Shown here piece after piece: positions 55,761 through 64,000 of a DNA stretch of 64,000 bases. The position numbers and the translations under genes were made by a program. Source of the DNA: a virus; the IMG/VR virus record IMGVR_UViG_3300045988_121566, positions 1-64,000 of that record, one strand, 5' to 3'. The notes beneath the pieces are model-generated. The model searched no databases and was not told where the DNA came from. It saw nothing but the letters and a program-made list of their open reading frames with translations. Each line of letters starts with the position of its first letter. Within the stretch, counting starts at the first letter, position 1.

Positions 55761-55892
55761 TTACTCTTTCCACCAGTCGGAAACATCGCTTCTCTTAAGG
55801 TTGCGCATTTCCAAAAACTCTTTTAGGGTGCTGCAATAAGTATTCATTGAATAGCAGTCTCCCTTTAAAATTACATGAACTTCCTTTGCCAT
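55761..55892 (-). CDS. possible 43-aa protein
   Basis: MAKEVHVILKGDCYSMNTYCSTLKEFLEMRNLKRSDVSDWWKE. It fills the gap between two minus-strand genes. Confidence 0.35.
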   Translation of the reverse strand: MAKEVHVILKGDCYSMNTYCSTLKEFLEMRNLKRSDVSDWWKE

Positions 55893-55935
55893 AGTCTCAT
55901 ATTTTTGAATTAATAGAAATCATATCTTTATCCTA

Positions 55936-56175
55936 TCAAATGTATATATCCAATACTTTTTCTAACTTTGTGCGGTCGCATCCAGGAAACCAACTGCAAA
56001 TGGTTTCAAGTGACCACATATAAGGGTTTGTGCCATCGTTGAACAATATGAAGAACAATTCAGCATATCTGCCAAATGGGCGTTTGATGTTGTGTGCTTT
56101 ATAATAGTTCATGTTACTATTATAAATGCTTAATAGTTCTTCCTTTGTCAATTTTCTGTAATCAATCGGTTCCAT
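55936..56175 (-). CDS. hypothetical protein
   Basis: 79-aa ATG ORF. Confidence 0.55.
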   Translation of the reverse strand: MEPIDYRKLTKEELLSIYNSNMNYYKAHNIKRPFGRYAELFFILFNDGTNPYMWSLETICSWFPGCDRTKLEKVLDIYI

Positions 56176-56191
56176 GTTTTATCCAATTAAA

Positions 56192-56491
56192 TTATTTACT
56201 CATTTTTTCTATAATTCTATCAAGTGAACGTTTCTCGCTTGGTTCAAGTTGGCAAAGAAAACTTCCATTATCATGGTAAAGTGTACCACCAAATAGGTTG
56301 TCCTTTTCCAAGCATTTGTTCACTCGGTCAAGTACGTAATATAATACCTGTGCCTGTTTGTCTGTCAATTCGATTTTCATGTTGTTACGATGTTTGCTCC
56401 ACTCTGCATTGAAGGGCTTGTGACCTACACATATATAAAAATGTACATACGTGGCTGCATTACGGCAACTATCGGGTGACATCTCTGCCAT
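56192..56491 (-). CDS. hypothetical protein (first gene of the minus-strand island operon)
   Basis: ATG 56491 lies 76 nt downstream of the promoter. An alternative ATG at 56380 is possible. Confidence 0.5.
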   Translation of the reverse strand: MAEMSPDSCRNAATYVHFYICVGHKPFNAEWSKHRNNMKIELTDKQAQVLYYVLDRVNKCLEKDNLFGGTLYHDNGSFLCQLEPSEKRSLDRIIEKMSK

Positions 56492-56566
56492 GCTCCCTCC
56501 GCTCGGCTAATCGTAACTACGGGCTTTGCGTTCTTCGGTGAACCAGTGTAATACTGATTTCGATTG

Positions 56567-56598
56567 CAAAGATAAAGCAAAACTTTATTTAATCCAAA
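56567..56598 (-). promoter_or_regulatory. Bacteroidota-type promoter (-33 TTTG / -7 TAnnTTTG)
   Basis: Minus-strand TATCTTTG (56574-56567) and TTTG (56598-56595) are separated by 20 nt. Extended similarity to the promoter at 29172-29203. Confidence 0.65.
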
Positions 56599-56691
56599 TA
56601 TTAAAGAAAGAAATACTTTATTTTTAATACTTATTAGTATAGTTCTTCTGAATTTTTACAGAAATTAAATATAGATATGCTTATTTTTGTA

Positions 56692-56699
56692 TAACTTTG
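56692..56699 (+). promoter_or_regulatory. candidate -7 box for the XRE gene
   Basis: TAACTTTG lies 29 nt upstream of ATG 56728. No well-spaced -33 was seen. Confidence 0.35.
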
Positions 56700-56727
56700 T
56701 ACCCGAAAATAAAGTAACGTTTGAATT

Positions 56728-57054
56728 ATGGTTAAGATATACTTAAAGGAAATATTAAAGAAGAAGGGCAAGACTTCAAAGGAGTTTGCTGAAGAGATGG
56801 GTGTAACCGCTGCGGCTATTAGCAATATTGTGACTGGTCGAAATTATCCTACGTATGATTTGTTAGAGAAGATGGCGGACAAACTAAATGTTAAGATGTC
56901 GACACTTTTAGGCGAAGAGCCTTTGATGGTTGTTGATACCTCAAGTGAGTTTGCGGCATTCGTGAGATATAAGGGTATTCATTATACTGCCGATACCCTT
57001 GAAGAGTTTTTTCTGCAAGTAGATGAATTAAGAGCGATAACAAGATGGAAGTAG
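56728..57054 (+). CDS. XRE-family HTH regulator
   Basis: KGKTSKEFAEEMGVTAAAISNIVTGRNYPTYDLLEKMADKLNV. Confidence 0.7.
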   Translation: MVKIYLKEILKKKGKTSKEFAEEMGVTAAAISNIVTGRNYPTYDLLEKMADKLNVKMSTLLGEEPLMVVDTSSEFAAFVRYKGIHYTADTLEEFFLQVDELRAITRWK

Positions 57055-57800
57055 AAACATTTCAAAGTAAGGATGGTTATGCGGTTCGTATAGTTGGCGA
57101 AACAAATAACGTATATTATCTCTATTGCAAAGAAGAGGGAGCTATGATGTCTGCTCCTAAAAGTAGAGTAAACGAGACTTACCTTAGGGTTTGCAATATA
57201 GGTTATATTGATTGCAATAATGTTAGCGAGTTTAAAGAAATAAAGAAAAGTGTAGCTTATAAAATATGGCATGGTATTTTATTGAGAATTGGAAAGAGGA
57301 ATTATAAAGATGTAAAACTATCGCCTGAATGGCATTATTTCTCGTTCTTTAAAAAGTTCCACGAAGCAAACTATCATGAAGGATTCGTGATAGATAAAGA
57401 CCTACTATCTGGGAGATACGGAAAGATATATTCCGCTTATACTTGTAGTTATATTCCGCAATCTCTTAATAGTATAATAAGAGAGCGATCAAAAGAGTTT
57501 AAACCGTTCAAAAAGGACGACGAAGGCTATTATTTTTTTTATTATAATATTGGAGGGTATTGTAAGCCTCATATCATCAGAGCAAAAACAATAGAGGAAA
57601 TTTGCGAGAAGTACTCTATATATAGATGCACAAGAGTGCTGTCTGTATATAGTGAATACTGGAAATACCTCAGTGATAATGTAAGAAAAGCGCTTATAGT
57701 TCTATATGATTATAAAAACTATTATGATAGAATATATTCTTTGTGTGTCGGAGATACATACGTTGTCTGCAAGCAAATAGATGAGAACAAATTATGGTAG
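57045..57800 (+). CDS. hypothetical 251-aa protein translationally coupled to the XRE gene
   Basis: 10-nt overlap with the XRE ORF. AT-rich. IWHGILLRIGKRNYKDVKLSPEWHYFSFFKKF resembles a recurrent phage DNA-binding/endonuclease-associated motif, from recollection only. Confidence 0.55.
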   Translation: MEVETFQSKDGYAVRIVGETNNVYYLYCKEEGAMMSAPKSRVNETYLRVCNIGYIDCNNVSEFKEIKKSVAYKIWHGILLRIGKRNYKDVKLSPEWHYFSFFKKFHEANYHEGFVIDKDLLSGRYGKIYSAYTCSYIPQSLNSIIRERSKEFKPFKKDDEGYYFFYYNIGGYCKPHIIRAKTIEEICEKYSIYRCTRVLSVYSEYWKYLSDNVRKALIVLYDYKNYYDRIYSLCVGDTYVVCKQIDENKLW

Positions 57801-57840
57801 TGGTAATATCCAAGTAATGGGCGCAGCACCACAGCAGGGA

Positions 57841-57885
57841 CGTGAGGGCGCAGCCCCGCCCCACGTTGCCTTATCTCCCAAAGGT
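57841..57885 (+). repeat. GC-rich hairpin plus CTTATCTCYCAAAGGT module, copy B
   Basis: CGTGaGGGCG-cagccc-CGCCCCACG hairpin (57841-57865), then CTTATCTCCCAAAGGT (57870-57885). An extra GGGCGCAGC lies at 57819-57827. Confidence 0.6.
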
Positions 57886-57949
57886 ATTCTTCTCTCCATT
57901 CCTCATCATATACAGATAACCAGGATAGAAAAACACAAACAGAGAATAC

Positions 57950-57982
57950 AGAGGGAAGGAAAGGAAAGAGGAGGAAAGGAAA
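57950..57982 (+). repeat. 33-nt uninterrupted polypurine tract (GGAAAG-like units)
   Basis: AGAGGGAAGGAAAGGAAAGAGGAGGAAAGGAAA, lying within a longer purine-rich stretch. Confidence 0.9.
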
Positions 57983-58533
57983 CAGGAAAACAGCATAAAA
58001 ACACCTTCTAAAAGCCTTAATCCTATTTTGCGATAAATTCTGCGCAAACTTGAAGAACAAGCCTGGAAAGCAAGAAAATGGCTCTAAAATGACAAGAAAA
58101 CGCCCTTAAACGCCTCATAATTAGCGAATTTGACGAAAAACACGACCAATTACCCGAATATGCTGAAAATACGAGAGTTTTGGTTTGAATGATAGCTGTA
58201 TTACGTGATGAGATAGTATTTTTCATCATTCCTTGCGTGCGTGCGTACCTATTAATGCGACATGATTTTTTGGGCAAAAATTCTCTATGATAGAGAAAAG
58301 TAAAATATCGTTACATAAAAGTTGTGTTCACTCTCTGGAGGAGGTGAAACTAAAGTGCTGATAATGAGGTGTATAAGTTTTTGGTGTAAAAGTGCAAAAT
58401 GTTTACAAAGATAGACGTTTTGAGGGGTATTTTGATGGGCAAAGCCATGATTTGGGCCCCGACAAAAGGACTTGTGGGAGGAGGGTGGGAAATGTGTAGG
58501 GCTACAATGGAAAAAATGTGGGTCAAATATATA

Positions 58534-58541
58534 TATATTTG
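58534..58541 (+). promoter_or_regulatory. candidate -7 box for the virion-protein operon
   Basis: TATATTTG lies 38 nt upstream of ATG 58579. Confidence 0.35.
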
Positions 58542-58578
58542 CCGACAAAAATACATTGGTAAATTAATAATTGCAATT

Positions 58579-59298
58579 ATGATAGAAATCTTGACGAAAA
58601 TTCCAAAGAATTTAGGCGCTGCATCTCCAGTTCTCGGTGTTCGATGTGAATGGATAGCCACTGCGGCATTGTTGGCTGGCGGTGTTGCTTCTTCTATTTT
58701 CGGTGGCGCAAAGGCACGTAGGGAGGCAAAAAGGGCGGAGAGAGAGCGTAAGTACAGGGCAGCGGCAGAAAAGGCATGGTATGACAAGGAGTACAATACC
58801 GACTACATCGACACAAAAGCTGGCCAAAACCTGATGAGGCGTGCGCAAGAGGTTCAGGACAGCTACGTCCGAAAGGCTGATGGTGCTGCTGCTGTTGGCG
58901 GTGGTACTGCTGCGGCTACAGCAATGGCGAAAGAAGCGGCTAACAAGACTATGGGTGACACGATAGCCAACATCGGGGCGAAAGACACTGCACGGAAGCA
59001 GCAAGTGGCTGATGCGCACTTCCAACACCAAATAGGACAGTCTCAGGAACGTGAGCAAGCCGCCATGCAGACCGCACAGAATACCAGTGAGGCGGCTCAG
59101 AATATGAGCAATGCTCTGTTCAAGGCGGGTGTGACCCAGTTGGGTTCAGAACCTAAAGTGTCTAAGTCGCTGAATGACAGGCTACAATCAAGTGACATGG
59201 GTAGTCGTGATAACACTGGTATAACATCTGCACTCGGAGAAAGTGCGGATGCAAGGCTTAAGAAGGTCACAGAGGGCGTTGATGGGCTGTTTGGATAG
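58579..59298 (+). CDS. Ala/Gln-rich protein with N-terminal hydrophobic segment (internal virion/ejection-type composition)
   Basis: In-frame ATG 58579 (MIEILTK) lies downstream of the -7 box. The track start at 58399 lies in ORF-poor DNA. Hydrophobic segment IATAALLAGGVASSIFGG. Confidence 0.55.
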   Translation: MIEILTKIPKNLGAASPVLGVRCEWIATAALLAGGVASSIFGGAKARREAKRAERERKYRAAAEKAWYDKEYNTDYIDTKAGQNLMRRAQEVQDSYVRKADGAAAVGGGTAAATAMAKEAANKTMGDTIANIGAKDTARKQQVADAHFQHQIGQSQEREQAAMQTAQNTSEAAQNMSNALFKAGVTQLGSEPKVSKSLNDRLQSSDMGSRDNTGITSALGESADARLKKVTEGVDGLFG

Positions 59299-59531
59299 GC
59301 TTGATGCTTCGGTGGGAGCAGGAGACAAAGACGAGAGGTTATCGAGAGGAACGAGTGCCAAGAACATGGAGCAGGATGCGTACACAACCAAACCCAAAGG
59401 GGCACCCCCGTTGACCACCGTTTCAAACTATAGTAGATAAATACAAATATAAAAATGCGACCCACCACCCCCCATCTCCTTTTTATTTCGGTTTTCCGAT
59501 TTTCCACACCCTTATTTTTCTGGAAGTGTTA

Positions 59532-59837
59532 ATGAAGTTAAACTTAAAGATTATGAATATATTTCAGAGATTTATAAAGCGAATTGGCGGAGAAGACAAG
59601 GTATTGCACTTTGAAACTTGCTGCCTGATCACGATGGTTGTTGCTCTTTTGAATATGAACGTGCTCGGTCTGGGTACTACAGCTTCGGAAGTATCAGCCT
59701 GTATGATTTCGGTTATTGCCGGCATATCGAAGGAGGTATACGACTATAACACATACTGCTTGTTTGACAACAAGGATATAATAGCAGATGTATTTGGCGC
59801 ATTTGCTGGTTTTTTAATCATTATTTTAATTGGATAG
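59532..59837 (+). CDS. small membrane protein
   Basis: The track start at 59526 is GTG; in-frame ATGs lie at 59532 and 59553. Has two or three hydrophobic helices. Confidence 0.5.
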   Translation: MKLNLKIMNIFQRFIKRIGGEDKVLHFETCCLITMVVALLNMNVLGLGTTASEVSACMISVIAGISKEVYDYNTYCLFDNKDIIADVFGAFAGFLIIILIG

Positions 59838-59840
59838 ATT

Positions 59841-60842
59841 ATGACATTTGAAGAAGCAAAGAAGATATTGAAGAAAGAGTTTTTGGGAATTAGATTCAAG
59901 AAGTTCAACAAGCCTCTTAAATTTGAAGAAAAGCTATGGGTTCGTAATGAGAAGCCAGAGATTCTTGAAGCTTTGCGTATTGTGGCAAAGAATGGCATTA
60001 GTGTTTGCGTTCCAAAAGCAGCTCTTCGTATTCGCAGCATAATTACCAAGAAGATGAGGGCAGGAGAGGAAGCACTGTCTCCAGTTTCAGGCACTCCATT
60101 GAGCGCATCAGAAGGAATAAAATTGCAGTGGAAAGACAACAAGAATACAGTCAAGAACCCTGCTCTTAAAGAAGCAGCCTCCCAGTTCAACGATGCTTTG
60201 TTGGATGAGCAGGGAAAGAAGATAAAGCGCTTCGGCAAAGAGATTGCCCGACTCAACAAGATTATCCGCAAGAAGAACTTGAAGATTGCAGAGAAGGACG
60301 AGGTGATTGGCGACTTGGGCAAGGAGTTGAAGGCGCAGAAAGACTTGGTAGATCATATTAGTAAGCTACGTGATAGTGCCAAGATTAATCTTAATCTTCG
60401 CATGAAGGAATGCGAGAAGTTGAAAGAGAAGTTGGAAGAAGCAAACAATCTGGTTAAAGAGGTTCGTAAAGTTTCTAAGGAGTATTGTGAATACGGTATT
60501 GCTGCTGAAAAGATGATTCAGAAGTTGGCTAAGATAATAGTTAGCAAAGGTCTCGCTCCTTCTGATGTCTTCGAGAAATGTCGTCTTTGGGCGAATGGCT
60601 ACAGATTCAACCCTCAGCTTCCTGAGCTTAGCAAGGACGGCAATGGTATCTTCTACCATATTGCTGGGGTTGATGTTGCAGAGGAAGGCGCTGACCATAC
60701 TGGTGTAATGGTTCTATGCGGTAAGGATTTTGCTAAGATTCTTAAAGAGGACGAGGAAGCAGCAGAGGAACTTTCAAAAGTTCTCAATGACGTTATAGAC
60801 CGATTTCTTCTGTTTGGCGAAATTATTATTAAAGAAGAATAA
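59841..60842 (+). CDS. coiled-coil protein
   Basis: 333 aa with long Lys/Glu heptad-like stretches. Confidence 0.6.
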   Translation: MTFEEAKKILKKEFLGIRFKKFNKPLKFEEKLWVRNEKPEILEALRIVAKNGISVCVPKAALRIRSIITKKMRAGEEALSPVSGTPLSASEGIKLQWKDNKNTVKNPALKEAASQFNDALLDEQGKKIKRFGKEIARLNKIIRKKNLKIAEKDEVIGDLGKELKAQKDLVDHISKLRDSAKINLNLRMKECEKLKEKLEEANNLVKEVRKVSKEYCEYGIAAEKMIQKLAKIIVSKGLAPSDVFEKCRLWANGYRFNPQLPELSKDGNGIFYHIAGVDVAEEGADHTGVMVLCGKDFAKILKEDEEAAEELSKVLNDVIDRFLLFGEIIIKEE

Positions 60843-60845
60843 GCT

Positions 60846-62165
60846 ATGCCAATAAACAATAACAAGAATACGCATATGAACAAAGGGAGAGTTACTATAA
60901 CGGAGCCTTCTCCTATGGTTCAGCAGATGGCGCAGCAGAATTACGCCATGAAGAATGGTGGAGAGCTGCCGATGCAGGGTGCGCCAGGAGGAGCTTCTAC
61001 ACCTGTTGCTCCTCAGCCGATGGATATGAATTTCTTTGGTGGAAATGGAGGTGCAACTGGCAAGTTTGAGATGCCGGCTGTTGCCACAGCTCCCGACTTG
61101 ACTCCAGAAAGCAAGGCCCCCGACCCAAAGTACGGAACAGGTGGTGCTCAGTTTGCCAATCCCTCTGGTATAGACAAGAAGGATTTGGGTTCGTTATCAG
61201 CAGCCTTGAACTCGGCAGGAGTATCTTCTCCTTCTTCTGGAAGGGAGTTTAAAGCCGATGATACAAAGAAGGATGGCGGTTTCTTTGGCTGGATAAAGGG
61301 GATTGCTCCAAAGTTTAGGCCTGGAATACGTGATGGAGAGACAGACGAAGAGTACGATATGCGGAATACACAAAATATGCAGCGTTTGGCCACCTTTGCG
61401 GATGCTATCCGTCACATGGGTAATATCGTGAACACTTACAAGGGAGGACCTTTGCAGCGATTTAATGACCCTACGGACTACATCTTGGAAGGCTACGAGA
61501 AGCGCAAGGCGGAACGTAGACAGCAGGATGCAGCTGATGCGGATGCGGCTTACAAGCAGGCAACTCTCAATTTGAAGGAACGTGCTGCTGAGGCTAAGAA
61601 CGCCTACGACCAGTTGAACCTGTTGCTTAAACAGAATGGAGTGACTCTAAGTAAAGACAAGTTCGACTACCAGAAAGCCAAGGATGCTGCAGCCGCAAAA
61701 GCTAAATCCGAAAAGGATGAAAGAGACTTCAAGTACAAACAGGAGCGCGATAAGGTAAAGGACAAACAGACAGAAAAACGCCTTGGCATTGCAGAATACA
61801 ATGCTACCCACAAGGGACGAGGAGGTGGAGGTCGCTCTGGAAGTGGTGGTGGTAGCTCGTCTGCTAAATACATAACTTGGGATGCAGAAGGCAATCCTCA
61901 TTACGCATCAAATAAGACAATGTATGAAGCAAATGAAGCTTACTACAATGGAAATACTTCTGGCAATTCATCTACTTCAAACAGCAAGGAAGTGCTCAAT
62001 AGGGATGGCTCTACTACAAGAATCACCAACAGACAAAGCGGTTCTTCTGTTGCACAGAGAGCAGGAATGCAGCGAAGACAGAGGGAAGAAGCCAGAAAGA
62101 GAGCATCAAAGCCTGCCGGCAAGTCGAAGAATGGCTATAAGAATACAAAGAAACTTGGATTATAA
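60846..62165 (+). CDS. Gly/Lys-rich basic protein (possible DNA-associated internal protein)
   Basis: 439 aa with the HKGRGGGGRSGSGGGSSS tract and a Lys/Arg-rich C-terminus. Confidence 0.6.
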   Translation: MPINNNKNTHMNKGRVTITEPSPMVQQMAQQNYAMKNGGELPMQGAPGGASTPVAPQPMDMNFFGGNGGATGKFEMPAVATAPDLTPESKAPDPKYGTGGAQFANPSGIDKKDLGSLSAALNSAGVSSPSSGREFKADDTKKDGGFFGWIKGIAPKFRPGIRDGETDEEYDMRNTQNMQRLATFADAIRHMGNIVNTYKGGPLQRFNDPTDYILEGYEKRKAERRQQDAADADAAYKQATLNLKERAAEAKNAYDQLNLLLKQNGVTLSKDKFDYQKAKDAAAAKAKSEKDERDFKYKQERDKVKDKQTEKRLGIAEYNATHKGRGGGGRSGSGGGSSSAKYITWDAEGNPHYASNKTMYEANEAYYNGNTSGNSSTSNSKEVLNRDGSTTRITNRQSGSSVAQRAGMQRRQREEARKRASKPAGKSKNGYKNTKKLGL

Positions 62166-62182
62166 ACATTAATATATAATAT

Positions 62183-64000
62183 ATGGCTGGAGATAAATTT
62201 GACCAACTTTACAACGCCTTGAAAGCTGATGGCGCAGTTACAGGAACGAGAGAGCATTTCAGAAAGTTCGTGTATGCGCCTGGCAAGCAGGGCTATCATA
62301 ACAGAAAGCAGCTCTATGATGCTCTTCATGCTGATGGTGCTGTTTCCAGTAATTCCTATGAGGAGTTTGCGCAACGGCTTGGACTCCATGCTGTAAATCC
62401 GAAGCCTCAGCAGAAGCCAGTAGCACAGAAGCCTATGACAACAGCACAGAGAGCAATGCAGGTTCCTCAGCAGTATCAGAGGACACAATTAGGCAAGGCT
62501 CCAAAGAGTGCCCCAAAGAACGCTTCTCCTTTCGTGCAGTCTTTGTATGATATTGATGATGCGCAGAAGGGAGCAGGTTATCCAGTTGACTATACTTCAC
62601 CTAAGGCTACCCAGCAAGTGTATCAGCAAAATCAGCGGATAAGAAGACAGGCGGCAAAGACTGCTGCAAAAAAAATAGACAGACAGGCAAGTCATGCTCA
62701 ACCTATCATGCAGACAAATACACCTGCTGATACTTATATAGGTAAGACTGAGGGGCAGTTGATGGACGAAATGAACCAAAGTGCAAACGCTTTGGTTGGT
62801 TCTGAAATGGGCGATTATCTCGATAAGGTTATAGGAGACGAGTTCAAGGCGGCTCATGCAAGAGGACTTGCAGCGTTGAGTGCAAACAGTGGAGTTCATG
62901 GTACTGGTGGTGCAGACTGGTGGATTGGTGAAAGAGCTTACCAAAATCAAATGGATCAAGATAAGCAGCTTCAAGAAATCACAGGGAACATACAGAAGAA
63001 TATAGAAAGTATCTTCTCTAACCCAAAGGTTAAGCAGAGAGTGTTGTCTGATGCTCAAAAACTCGGAGTTTCCCCAGAGACATATATTGAAAGTTCACTT
63101 GCACCAGCCCTGATAGAGAAAGCCGGAAAACAATTCAATAATACTCAGCTTAACCGCATGATGGCAAAGGGTGCATCTGACTATATTGCAAGCGGCATTC
63201 TTAATTCTCTCACTGGAACATTGCTTACTGGTCTTACTTCAACTAAAAGTCAGAGGCAAATGCAGCAGCAAGCAGATACAATGACAGAAGAGGGGTTGAA
63301 TCCAAACTATAAACCGGGCACTTGGGCAAAAGCATCAAAAGGAGCTGTGGCTTTTGCAGCAGATGCGCCTTGGTATAATCTCGCTGGTATCGGAGCTGGA
63401 GCTTTGACAGAAAAGGTTTTTGGTAATGCAGCTCAGCAGATGGCGAGAGTGGCTAACCAGTCTTTGAGACAGAGGGTGTTTGAAGGTGTAGCAAGAGGCA
63501 TTGTTCATGGAGGAGCTACAGGCTTTCAATATGGAGCCATCAACGGAGCCGTTCAGAACTATTCTACAGGAGAAGATACTTCGCTTTTGGGAACTTTGAA
63601 AGCAGCAGCCAAAGGTGGATTGGAAGAAGGTGTTAGCTTTGCTACTATGGAAGGCATGGGTGGCGCAGTTGGAGCTTTTGGACATGGCATTGGTCTTAAA
63701 GGAACGGAAAAGACGTGGAAGCAGAGAGTTAACAAAATGGGGCAAAAACTTACCTATGAAGGCATTAAAACTGGTATGGAAGGTATCGGTATGGCTACAG
63801 GTGGGGTTGCTTCAAGCTATGCTAATCATATTCTTACTGGTGATGACTGGCACGGTTTCTCTACAGAGGGAACACTTGAATCTTGTGCGAGTGCTGTCAT
63901 CTTTAAACTTACCCATGCGAAAGACTTATTCAAAAAGGAAACAGATAGAAACGGCAAGCCATTCAGCTTTACCAGCAATATTGCCCAAAAGACTGCAAGA
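62183..64000 (+). CDS. large virion protein, 3'-truncated by the window (606 codons visible)
   Basis: I translated the ATG 62183 frame by hand to base 64000 and found no stop. Gly-rich hydrophobic repeats (GIGAGAL, GGATGFQYGAINGAV, GMGGAVGAFGHGIG) resemble tape-measure/pilot proteins. Confidence 0.7.
   Translation, partial: MAGDKFDQLYNALKADGAVTGTREHFRKFVYAPGKQGYHNRKQLYDALHADGAVSSNSYEEFAQRLGLHAVNPKPQQKPVAQKPMTTAQRAMQVPQQYQRTQLGKAPKSAPKNASPFVQSLYDIDDAQKGAGYPVDYTSPKATQQVYQQNQRIRRQAAKTAAKKIDRQASHAQPIMQTNTPADTYIGKTEGQLMDEMNQSANALVGSEMGDYLDKVIGDEFKAAHARGLAALSANSGVHGTGGADWWIGERAYQNQMDQDKQLQEITGNIQKNIESIFSNPKVKQRVLSDAQKLGVSPETYIESSLAPALIEKAGKQFNNTQLNRMMAKGASDYIASGILNSLTGTLLTGLTSTKSQRQMQQQADTMTEEGLNPNYKPGTWAKASKGAVAFAADAPWYNLAGIGAGALTEKVFGNAAQQMARVANQSLRQRVFEGVARGIVHGGATGFQYGAINGAVQNYSTGEDTSLLGTLKAAAKGGLEEGVSFATMEGMGGAVGAFGHGIGLKGTEKTWKQRVNKMGQKLTYEGIKTGMEGIGMATGGVASSYANHILTGDDWHGFSTEGTLESCASAVIFKLTHAKDLFKKETDRNGKPFSFTSNIAQKTAR

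Noticed and set aside
57781-58011. 76-aa ORF spanning the GC-rich repeats and the polypurine tract. The ORFs at 58023-58796 are similar.
   Set aside because: The translation is just the repeat read through (REGKERGGKETGK). It has no start context and overlaps ORFs on both strands, so I treat it as non-coding.
1-64000. Stop-codon reassignment (TAG or TGA recoding), as seen in some gut phages, and suppressor tRNAs.
   Set aside because: Late genes are long uninterrupted ORFs in the standard code (about 1,900, 912, 710 and 670 codons). There is no pattern of in-frame stops in structural genes.
62183-64000. The 3'-open ORF at the window end and the 5'-open ORF at the window start as one gene on a 64-kb circle.
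   Set aside because: The end ORF finishes a codon exactly at base 64000, whereas the start ORF is in the frame beginning at base 3. The window is therefore not a closed circle joining them in frame.

Overview
The window is one contiguous piece of a large (>64 kb) tailed dsDNA phage or prophage, and both window edges cut through long ORFs. The host looks like Bacteroidota. Several gene starts are preceded by the TTTG / TAnnTTTG promoter type. The integrase is IntDOT-like, and PcfJ/PcfK-type conjugative-element genes are present.

Module map:
- 1-9.6 kb (+): a giant virion protein and small structural-module genes, interrupted by one AT-rich reverse-strand moron.
- 9.6-14.8 kb (-): tail-fibre genes carrying a complete diversity-generating retroelement (target/VR - avd - TR - RT).
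- 14.7-18.8 kb (-): head genes (scaffold, major capsid candidate).
- 19.0-28.2 kb (+): portal, head/neck genes, large terminase and a 912-aa protein.
- 28.3-29.1 kb (-): a rhomboid protease pair.
- 29.4-32.0 kb (+): lysis cassette (holin, GH19-type endolysin, lipoprotein spanin-like).
- 32.1-46.2 kb (-): about 35 tightly packed early genes, including a DNA methyltransferase, a radical-SAM enzyme, many small Zn-ribbon proteins, and a recombination module (SbcC/Rad50-like ATPase, RecT, MBL-fold nuclease, NinG).
- 46.3-46.9 kb: two aberrant tRNA-like elements.
- 46.9-49.5 kb: lysogeny module (Cro-like and cI-like HTH genes, tyrosine integrase, repeat-rich upstream region).
- 49.5-57.8 kb: mixed-strand accessory island (KilA-N, RHH, PcfJ, PcfK/AcrIIA9-like, XRE pair, ORF-free structured DNA).
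- 57.8-58.6 kb: a large ORF-free region.
- 58.6-64.0 kb (+): start of another virion-protein operon, running out of the window.

There is no rRNA, no CRISPR array and no sign of stop-codon reassignment.

All family names come from motifs I can read in the translations; no similarity search was run. The ORF track uses ATG/GTG/TTG starts at maximal length, so several starts were moved to the first ATG that fits the gene packing.
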